DNA of 15,026 nt, from NCBI GenBank assembly GCA_035719045.1, contig DASTGO010000131.1, positions 1 through 15,026 of the forward strand, written 5' to 3'. Both the position numbers and the translations under genes were made by a program. Below are positions 1 to 6,214 of the stretch, piece by piece. Each line of letters opens with the position of its first letter. The stretch's first letter is position 1. The DNA comes from Kineosporiaceae bacterium (GTDB lineage: Bacteria; Actinomycetota; Actinomycetes; Actinomycetales; Kineosporiaceae). The notes beneath the pieces were generated by a model that did no database searches, had not been told where the DNA came from, and saw only the letters and a program-made list of their open reading frames with translations.

Positions 1-149
1 TCGGGGACGTGGGCGTACAAGGTGGCGCGGGAGACCTTCAGCAGCCGGGCGATCGAGGCGACGCTGTTGTCCGGCAGCAGCTGGCGGGCCTGGGCGATCT
101 GCTCAGCGGTCAGCGCCGGCGTCGGCGCTGACCGCTGGCACGCGTTCAA
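1..149 (-). CDS. Partial helix-turn-helix protein that runs off the left edge of the window. Translation (N to C, minus strand) is ...LNACQRSAPTPALTAEQIAQARQLLPDNSVASIARLLKVSRATLYAHVP.... It closely resembles the C-terminal HTH (HTH_7 type) of serine recombinases/resolvases. No catalytic domain is present upstream: an in-frame stop lies at 246-248 and the methyltransferase gene overlaps. It is either a small stand-alone HTH protein starting at TTG 147-149 or a recombinase remnant.
   Basis: My own translation of the minus strand, frame defined by plus 129-131. The motif LT.EQ...AR.LL..G.SV.SIAR.L.VSR.TLY is the typical resolvase DNA-binding helix-turn-helix. The only candidate start is TTG at 147-149, which overlaps the methyltransferase stop. 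This ORF is not in the supplied track because it is partial and short. Confidence 0.35.
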   Translation of the reverse strand, partial: MNACQRSAPTPALTAEQIAQARQLLPDNSVASIARLLKVSRATLYAHVP

Positions 150-1192
150 CGTGTCACGGTGGCGGGCCGCGGATGCGACGTCCCGGATCCGGCCCGGTCG
201 CCCGGGGTGCTGACGGAGCAGGCACGGGTGAAGTCCCAGATGCCGTCATCGCAGGCGAACCGGGCCCCGCAGCCACGGCAGGCGGCGACACCGATGTCGC
301 CCGTCGCCGGGTCGGCCGTGCCAGCCGCGCCAGCCGTGCTGGCGACGTCGAGGGCGCCGTGGCAGTCCGGGCAGGCCAGCAGATCCACGAAGGACCGACC
401 GGGAACCGCAGGGGCGGGCGCCGCACCCCGCTGCGCGACCAGGAACTGACTGGGCCCCCACCAGCCGCGCCCCAGCCGCTGCAGGCCCAGTTCCAGCCCG
501 AGCACCACGGGCTCCCCCGCCCGCTCGGCCGCGGCGGGGACGACGTACTGCCAGCCCCGCAGGTTGTTCACGCTGGCCCCGAGCCGGGTGGTCCACCCCT
601 GCGCCGCCAGCCGGCCCCGGACCCGGCCGAGGTCGAAGTTCCAGTACGGCTGGTCGTCGCTGCCCAGCCGCAGCGGCGCGTGCGGGTCCCCCGGCGCGAC
701 GGCCCTTGACCGCCCGCCCAGGGCCCGCAGCCGGGCCAGCAGATGGTGGCGGATCGGGACGTCCACCAGCCAGCGGCCGCCGACCACGCGGCCCATCTCG
801 GCGAGTCCGGCGTCGAGGTCGGTGAGGTGGTGCAGCAGCCGCACGCAGGCGGCGGCGTCGAAGGCGGTGTCACGGAACGGGAGCCGGTAGACGTCCGCCC
901 GGACCAGTTCGACCCGCGCGCCGGCCGGGCTCCCGGAGGCTGCGAGCAGCGCGGCGGCATTGCGCAAGTTGGTCCGCGAGTAGTCGACCAGAACGACGTT
1001 GCGCGCGTACCGCTGGTAGAGCGGGACGTTCCGGCCGAACCCGCCACCGAGGTCGGCGAACCACTCGACCGGCCCGCCGCGACGCAGCAGCCGGTCCAGG
1101 ACCCGGGTCTCCGACCGGTGCTCAAGCTCGCGCCCCTGCCAGAACGTCCGGTAGTCGTACCCACCAGCGTCGTAGTCCATCACCTGCACCAT
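146..1192 (-). CDS. Class I SAM-dependent methyltransferase (Methyltransf_11/25-like core) fused to a C-terminal Trm112-like zinc ribbon (CPDC...CRGC)
   Basis: A 348-aa ORF. SAM-binding motif I is VEWFADLGGGFGRN; an acidic post-I residue (VLVDYS) and motif II-like RADVYRLPF follow. The C-terminus reads LLACPDCHGAL...ACRGCGARFACDDGIWDF, matching the Trm112/UPF0434 pattern (CPxC ... CxxCG..Y/F.I.DGI). ATG at 1190-1192 is preceded by GGGGGAG 6 nt upstream. No DPPY/NPPY motif, so it is not a DNA methyltransferase. Confidence 0.85.
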   Translation of the reverse strand: MVQVMDYDAGGYDYRTFWQGRELEHRSETRVLDRLLRRGGPVEWFADLGGGFGRNVPLYQRYARNVVLVDYSRTNLRNAAALLAASGSPAGARVELVRADVYRLPFRDTAFDAAACVRLLHHLTDLDAGLAEMGRVVGGRWLVDVPIRHHLLARLRALGGRSRAVAPGDPHAPLRLGSDDQPYWNFDLGRVRGRLAAQGWTTRLGASVNNLRGWQYVVPAAAERAGEPVVLGLELGLQRLGRGWWGPSQFLVAQRGAAPAPAVPGRSFVDLLACPDCHGALDVASTAGAAGTADPATGDIGVAACRGCGARFACDDGIWDFTRACSVSTPGDRAGSGTSHPRPATVTR

Positions 1193-1211
1193 GTGCCACT
1201 CCCCCGAAGTC

Positions 1212-1232
1212 AGAGCGTCCCGCGCGGACGCT
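1212..1232. promoter_or_regulatory. Perfect 8-bp inverted repeat with a 5-nt spacer (GAGCGTCC-CGCGC-GGACGCTC), 20-40 nt upstream of the methyltransferase start. Candidate operator or 5'-leader hairpin, or a terminator for an upstream transcript.
   Basis: Read directly from the sequence. The arms are exact reverse complements. Confidence 0.3.
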
Positions 1233-1846
1233 CGCCCGTGGACACGTCCGGGGCGCGGTGCAGGTTGACCTGGGCAGGGCCGCGCGGAACGAGCAGAACG
1301 TCACGGCCCCTCGGGGAAACCCGAACGCCACCTGATGCGTCGCGCCCCGCGTGGTCCGCCGCTCAGCAGGCTCGGACATCGAGGTGTCGGAGAATCGATC
1401 GGTTCTCAACGCCTGACCACCACGTGATCGCTGAGGCCCGACCACGACAACCAGCGTCAGAGCCAACCCCCGAGCGCGGTCCCCCGACTGATGCGCAAAG
1501 GACCCGAACCACTCATGTGGTCGGAACTCCAGCAACTCGCAGGGGGCAATCGACACACCGAGGAGTTGAGGTAGCCCACGACCGGATGCCCGGCCCAAGC
1601 ATCGACGCCACGAGACGTCCCCCTTGCGAGGGCCGTGAGGAGGCGGTCACAGCGATCGTCAGATACTTCCCGCCGCGCCCGATTCCCCGCCGGCGGGACC
1701 CATCCGGTCACCCTGCCGTGTGGCACACAGCACACCACCGCAGTCGCGGACGGCTTGACGGCACCAAACCACCCACAAGGCGGCAATCACAAAGTGGGGG
1801 TTAGCTGGGGGCCTTGAGGCACCCCATGACGAACTTGTAGGTAAAG

Positions 1847-1919
1847 CTCCCGCGGAAGGACTCGAACCTTCAACCTGCCGGTTAACAGCCGGACGCTCTG
1901 CCGATTGAGCTACGCGGGA
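1847..1919 (-). tRNA. asnT: tRNA-Asn (anticodon GTT), 73 nt, CCA not encoded
   Basis: The minus-strand RNA is TCCCGCGTAGCTCAATCGGCAGAGCGTCCGGCTGTTAACCGGCAGGTTGAAGGTTCGAGTCCTTCCGCGGGAG. It has a 7/7 Watson-Crick acceptor stem, GTAGCTCAATCGGCAGAGC D-arm, CTGTTAA anticodon loop (U33, G34 U35 U36, A37), GGTTCGAGTCC T-arm and discriminator G. It is very similar to E. coli/actinobacterial tRNA-Asn. Confidence 0.9.
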
Positions 1920-2012
1920 TCGGGCGCGTGAACTGTATCAAAGCTTGGGGGGTGGTCGTGACGCGGCGCCACACCCCGGACGAGGACACCGGCTGCCGCC
2001 CGCACTGACGGC

Positions 2013-2083
2013 CCGACCGACCGGCACCGTCAGCTCCACCGACCGGCACCGTCAGCCCGACCGACCGGCACCGTCAGCTCCAC
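2013..2083. repeat. Direct tandem repeat, 22-bp period, about 3.2 copies. The core CGACCGGCACCGTCAGC occurs at 2018-2034, 2040-2056 and 2062-2078, separated by alternating 5-nt linkers CCGAC/TCCAC. It lies between the 3' end of the 186-aa gene, whose stop falls in copy 3, and the tRNA-Asn upstream region.
   Basis: Read directly from the sequence. An additional inverted match CTGACGG (2004-2010) / CCGTCAG (2027-2033) could form a hairpin. Confidence 0.7.
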
Positions 2084-2634
2084 CGTCCGGGAGAACCGGG
2101 CATGCCCTCCGCGCCGGGCCCCCGGGCCCCGCCGGCCTCGTCGCGCAGCCCCTCCTGCGCCCGCCCGAGCGCCTCGGCCACGGCGGGGTCCTCCAGGCGG
2201 ACTCCGGGCCCGGGCACGGCCTGCGAGACCAGACCTCCACCGGCCGTACGGCGCAGGGCCACCCAGGCGGTCCGCCCGCCGGGCAGATCGACCTCCCGGG
2301 AGAGCACGACCGAGGACCTCACCCGTTCGTGCACCACTTCCGGCAACCGCCCGGGCCGGGTGACCTCCAGAGGGGTCACCCGAGGCCCGGTCACCCAGGT
2401 CACGGCGAGCGTCGACGATCCCCTGTCCCAGGCCGCCCGGCGGACCTGCTCCCAGTCCCGGGACAGGGTGCGCCCGGCCGGGCTCAGCACCCGCAGGCCG
2501 TTCACCGTGGCCGCGACGGCACCGCCCCCGGCCAGCGGGGACCAGGCCAGCACCCGGTCCCCCGGTTCCAGCGGGAGCTCGGCGGCCAGTTCGGCGGGCA
2601 GGCGCGACGCGGCGAACTTCCTGAACATCGACAC
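2074..2634 (-). CDS. Conserved hypothetical protein (186 aa, Ala/Gly/Arg-rich, no recognisable catalytic motif). It sits between dnaG and tRNA-Asn, where a conserved hypothetical gene is found in mycobacteria and other actinobacteria.
   Basis: Track ORF. Start is GTG at 2632-2634 or ATG at 2626-2628, with a weak Shine-Dalgarno. GC3-rich codon usage is consistent with coding. The stop codon lies inside the tandem repeat. Confidence 0.55.
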   Translation of the reverse strand: MSMFRKFAASRLPAELAAELPLEPGDRVLAWSPLAGGGAVAATVNGLRVLSPAGRTLSRDWEQVRRAAWDRGSSTLAVTWVTGPRVTPLEVTRPGRLPEVVHERVRSSVVLSREVDLPGGRTAWVALRRTAGGGLVSQAVPGPGVRLEDPAVAEALGRAQEGLRDEAGGARGPGAEGMPGSPGRWS

Positions 2635-2752
2635 CCGCCGAGCCTAGTTGGACCGGGTCGGGCACCGGCGGAGCGGACAGCGGCCCGGATCCCCGCAGGC
2701 ACTCTCCGCCGGGGCGTCCGGCGGGCGGCGACGGCCCGGCAGGCTCCCCGGG

Positions 2753-4708
2753 TCAACCCCCGATGAACCGTTCCCGCAGCGCCCGACGCCGGGCCTCGGC
2801 CGCGAGCAGGTCGGTGAACGCCTGCTGATAGCCGGGGTCGTCGGCTTCCAGCCGCTGGACCCGGCTCTTCAGGGTCCCGATCTCCCGGGAGGCCTGGACC
2901 TCGGCCACCCGCAGCACCACCGAGGTCGCGTACCGGGCCAGGGCATCCGCGGAGTCGGCGGGCAGGGGGGCCACGGCGAGCTCGCTCACCAACTGCGCGA
3001 CGGCCTCCGGCGCGGCGGCACGCACCGCCGCCGTCCAGGCGGCCGGGGTGAGGGTCACCGCGGTGGCGATCCCTCCGGCCCCGCGGACGGCCTGCTGCAC
3101 CGCCCGATACGCGGGCACCTCGAAGGCGGTCTCCGGCAGGGCATCGGCGTCCCCGGCAGGGACCAGTTGCGGCACCTGAATCATGCACTCCAGGGCCTCC
3201 CGCTCGACCCTGGCCACCGGATCCCGCGGATCGGGCTGCAGCCCGCGGTGCGGACCGGGTCCGGCTCCGTCCTGCGGAGTGCGCGCGCCGGGACGGCCGT
3301 CCGGCTGACCACCGCCCGCAGCCCCGCCGGGCTCACCTGCCTGCCCCGCGCCGGTGCCGCCCGTCGCGGTGGCCCGCAGGGCGTTGCGGACCCCGCGCAG
3401 CACGTCCTCCTCCGGCAGCCCCAGCCAGCCGGCCACCCGCCGGGCGTACACCCCGCGCAGGGCCACGTCACGGATCTTCGCCACGATCGGGACGGTCGCC
3501 CGGGCCGCCTGGACCCGGCCCTCCGCGGTGTCCAGGTCGAAGCCGCGCAGCGCGGACCGCAGGGCGAACTCGAACAGCGGCTGCCGACCGGCGACCAGGT
3601 CGTGCACCGCGTCCTCACCACGGGCCAGCCGCAGGTCGCAGGGGTCCATGCCGTCGCGGGCGACCGCCACGAAGGTCTGCGCGACGAACCGCTGGTCCTC
3701 CTCGAACGCCCGCAGCGCCGCCTTCTGCCCCGCCTCGTCGCCGTCGAAGGTGAAGATGACCTCGCTGCCCCGGGTGCTGTCGTCCCCCAGCAGGCGGCGG
3801 ACGATCCGGATGTGCTCGGCCCCGAACGCCGTCCCGCAGGTGGCCACAGCCGTCGGCACCCCGGAGAGGTGGCAGGCCATCACGTCGGTGTACCCCTCGA
3901 CGACGACGACCTGGCGGTTGCGGGCGATCTCCTTCTTCGCCAGGTCGATCCCGTAGAGCACCTGCGGCTTCTTGAACAGCACCGTCTCCCGGGTGTTGAG
4001 GTACTTGGCGGCGATCCGGTCGTCCTCGAACAGCCGGCGGGCACCGAACCCCACCACGTCGCCGGTGACGTCCCGGATCGGCCAGATCACCCGGCCGCGG
4101 AACTGGTCGTACAGCCCGCGCTGTCCCTGCCCGGCCAGGCCCGAGGCGAGGATCTCCGCCTCGGTGAACCCCTTGCCGCGCAGGTGCCGCAGCAACCCCT
4201 CCCCCGAGCGCGGCGCGAACCCGATCCCGAAGTGCTCCGCCGCGGACCGGTCGAACCCCCGGTCGGCGAGGAACTGCCGCCCCGCCATCGCGTCCGGCGA
4301 GGTGGCCAGCTGCTCGGCGTAGAACTGGGCGGCCACCCGGTTGGCCTCGACCAGCCGCTGCCGCTGCCCGACCTGCTCCCGCCGCGGCGCCACCCGGCCG
4401 CCGGACTCGTCCTCGTAGCGCAGCACGTAGCTCATCCGGGCGGCCAGCCGCTCGACCGCCTCGGTGAACGTCAGGTGGTCGACCTTCTGGACGAAGTCGA
4501 TGACGTCGCCGCCCTCGTTGCAGCCGAAGCAGTGCCAGTGCGCGGCCTGCGGCCGGACGTGGAACGACGGCGTGCGCTCGTCGTGGAACGGGCACAGCCC
4601 CTTCAGCGAGCCCACGCCCGCCGGCTTGAGGGTCACGTGCTCCGCGACGACCTCCTCGATGCGGGTCTGCTCGCGGACGTGCTCGACGTCCTCGCGGCGG
4701 ATCCTCAC
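2753..4708 (-). CDS. dnaG: DNA primase DnaG
   Basis: 651 aa. N-terminal zinc-binding domain CPFHDERTPSFHV...HCFGCNEGGDVIDF. TOPRIM domain with VVVEGYTDVMA and FTFDGDEAGQKAA. The N-terminus aligns to M. tuberculosis DnaG (RI..D....IRE..RIE.VV). GTG start at 4706-4708, with an in-frame TAG four codons upstream. Confidence 0.95.
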   Translation of the reverse strand: MRIRREDVEHVREQTRIEEVVAEHVTLKPAGVGSLKGLCPFHDERTPSFHVRPQAAHWHCFGCNEGGDVIDFVQKVDHLTFTEAVERLAARMSYVLRYEDESGGRVAPRREQVGQRQRLVEANRVAAQFYAEQLATSPDAMAGRQFLADRGFDRSAAEHFGIGFAPRSGEGLLRHLRGKGFTEAEILASGLAGQGQRGLYDQFRGRVIWPIRDVTGDVVGFGARRLFEDDRIAAKYLNTRETVLFKKPQVLYGIDLAKKEIARNRQVVVVEGYTDVMACHLSGVPTAVATCGTAFGAEHIRIVRRLLGDDSTRGSEVIFTFDGDEAGQKAALRAFEEDQRFVAQTFVAVARDGMDPCDLRLARGEDAVHDLVAGRQPLFEFALRSALRGFDLDTAEGRVQAARATVPIVAKIRDVALRGVYARRVAGWLGLPEEDVLRGVRNALRATATGGTGAGQAGEPGGAAGGGQPDGRPGARTPQDGAGPGPHRGLQPDPRDPVARVEREALECMIQVPQLVPAGDADALPETAFEVPAYRAVQQAVRGAGGIATAVTLTPAAWTAAVRAAAPEAVAQLVSELAVAPLPADSADALARYATSVVLRVAEVQASREIGTLKSRVQRLEADDPGYQQAFTDLLAAEARRRALRERFIGG

Positions 4709-4724
4709 GCCCGGAGTCTAGGTC

Positions 4725-4760
4725 TCGCCGGCCGCCCCCCCCCGGCCGGGCGGCCGGCGA
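4725..4760. terminator. GC-rich hairpin: 13-bp perfect stem TCGCCGGCCGCCC / GGGCGGCCGGCGA with a 10-nt loop. It includes a C9 homopolymer tract (4735-4743). It lies 5 nt downstream of the oxidoreductase stop and 16 nt upstream of the dnaG start.
   Basis: Read directly from the sequence. Likely an intrinsic terminator for the oxidoreductase gene and/or a structured dnaG leader. Confidence 0.45.
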
Positions 4761-4764
4761 CCGG

Positions 4765-6012
4765 TCAGCCGGCGCGCACGGCCTCCCAGGCGGTGCCGGG
4801 GTCGGCCAGTGCCCGGGGGTCGACCCTGGCCCGGCTCTCCACCAGGGCGGCCACCGCCTCGGCGTCGTCCCAGCCGTTGACGTGCATCCCGGCGGTCACC
4901 GCCCCCGAGCCGTCCAGCCAGAAGGCGAACCACGTCTGGTCCCCGGCCCCGCCGCGCAGCACCACCGTGGACCGCGCCGGGTCGGCCCAGCCGTGGTACT
5001 CCATCGCCAGGTCGTACTGGTCGGTCCAGAAGAACGGGGGCTCCGCCCACCGGGCCTGGCCCCCGGCCATGTTCCGGGCGGCGAACGGCCCCTGGCCGCC
5101 GGCGTTGGCGTAGTGCTCCACCCGCACCCGCCGGCCGACCCAGTCGTTCTCCGCGTTGGCGACGTCGCCGGCCGCCCAGATCGCCGGATCGGCCGTCCGC
5201 AGCGTGGCGTCGACCAGGATCCCGTTGTCGACGGGCAGTCCCGCCGCCTGCGCGAGGTCGGTCAGCGGCCGGACCCCGATCCCGACCACGACGCAGGCCG
5301 CCGGGATCACCTCGCTCCCGACGAGCCGCACCCCCTCGACCCGTCCGGAGCCGACGATCTCCGCCACCCCGGCCCCGGTCCGGACCTCGACGCCGTGCCG
5401 CCGGTGCAGGGCCTCGAAACGCTGCCCCACCTGCGGTCCGAGCACGCCGAGCAGTCCCGGTGCGGACTCCACCACGGTCACCGGGGCACCCGCCTGCCGC
5501 GCCACCGCGGCGACCTCGAGCCCGATCCAGCCGCCGCCGATCACCACCATCGGACCCCGGTCGCGGATCGCCTCCCGCAGCACGTCGGCGTTGCCGATCC
5601 GGCGCAGGTAGTGCACCCCGGCGAGATCGTGGCCGGGCACCTCCAGCCTGCGCGGGACGCTGCCGGTGGCCAGCAGCAGCCGGTCGTAGGGCAGCCGGCT
5701 CCCGCCGTCCAGCTCCAGCTGCCCGGCGGCCCGGTCGACGGCGGTGACCCGGGCGCCGAGCAGCAGTTCCACCTCATGCTCGGCGTACCACTGCGGCTCG
5801 TGGACCAGCAGCTTCTCCCGGGCGGTCCGGCCGGCCAGGTAGTCCTTGGACAGCGGTGGCCGCTCATAGGGGTGGTCACGCTCGTCCCCGATGAGGAAGA
5901 TCCGCGCACTGACCCCCTCCGCCCGTAGGGTCTGCACCGCATGGGCCCCGGCCAGACCACCACCGACGACCACGTACACCCGGTCGCTGCTGTGCAGCAG
6001 CTCACTGCTCAT
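4765..6012 (-). CDS. FAD/NAD(P)H-dependent oxidoreductase of the ferredoxin-reductase class (CamA / rubredoxin-reductase-like; Pyr_redox_2 plus Reductase_C)
   Basis: Dinucleotide-binding motif RVYVVVGGGLAGAH close to the N-terminus. A second Rossmann motif MVVIGGGWIGLEVAA. AAGDVA flavin motif. C-terminal dimerisation-like region TWFAFWLDGSGAV. The preferred start is ATG at 6010-6012 (MSSELLHSS...). The track ORF extends to 6114 and an alternative ATG lies at 6034-6036. The longer forms add a low-complexity N-terminus and overlap the divergent promoter. Confidence 0.85.
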   Translation of the reverse strand: MSSELLHSSDRVYVVVGGGLAGAHAVQTLRAEGVSARIFLIGDERDHPYERPPLSKDYLAGRTAREKLLVHEPQWYAEHEVELLLGARVTAVDRAAGQLELDGGSRLPYDRLLLATGSVPRRLEVPGHDLAGVHYLRRIGNADVLREAIRDRGPMVVIGGGWIGLEVAAVARQAGAPVTVVESAPGLLGVLGPQVGQRFEALHRRHGVEVRTGAGVAEIVGSGRVEGVRLVGSEVIPAACVVVGIGVRPLTDLAQAAGLPVDNGILVDATLRTADPAIWAAGDVANAENDWVGRRVRVEHYANAGGQGPFAARNMAGGQARWAEPPFFWTDQYDLAMEYHGWADPARSTVVLRGGAGDQTWFAFWLDGSGAVTAGMHVNGWDDAEAVAALVESRARVDPRALADPGTAWEAVRAG

Positions 6013-6214
6013 GGGGGTAACCCTGACACCGCCCATACCGGGGCGAAAGTCGTCACAGCGACAGGTGGTCACCGGCCGGGCATCACCTGCCGGAGCCCCG
6101 GCACCGGGTGCCAAAGGCTCAGCCGGGCGTCAGGGAACGGTCGTAGCGTGGTCGTCGTCGAGATCGGCACAGCTTCCACCCGGGGGCCGCTGCGCCCCCA
6201 CCAAGGAGACCGAC

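Noticed and set aside
146-1192. Methyltransferase considered as part of a restriction-modification or defence system
   Set aside because: It has no N6-adenine or C5-cytosine DNA-methyltransferase motifs (DPPY/NPPY, PCQ/ENV). Its core is Methyltransf_11-type. No endonuclease or specificity gene is adjacent.
743-1804. 353-aa plus-strand ORF spanning the methyltransferase antisense strand and the non-coding gap
   Set aside because: The first half is antisense to the methyltransferase. The second half runs through the lower-GC gap with Arg/Pro/Thr-rich nonsense composition. It has no start context or domain signal.
1193-1846. ORFs 1122..1598 (-), 1457..1786 (-) and 1635..1817 (+) in the gap downstream of tRNA-Asn
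   Set aside because: They are Trp/Cys/Arg-rich, have no start context or domain resemblance, and the region's GC3 signal is weak. I treat the region as non-coding, possibly decayed DNA or an uncharacterised RNA.
2013-2083. Tandem repeat considered as a CRISPR array
   Set aside because: The repeats are 17-22 bp and separated by fixed 5-nt linkers rather than 25-40-bp unique spacers. No cas genes are present.
2648-5113. 821-aa plus-strand ORF, the longest in the track
   Set aside because: It is antisense to dnaG and to the oxidoreductase 3' end. Its translation is dominated by Arg/Pro/Gly/His runs with no motif. This is typical frame-shadow of GC3-rich genes on the opposite strand. dnaG on the minus strand carries unambiguous zinc-finger and TOPRIM motifs.
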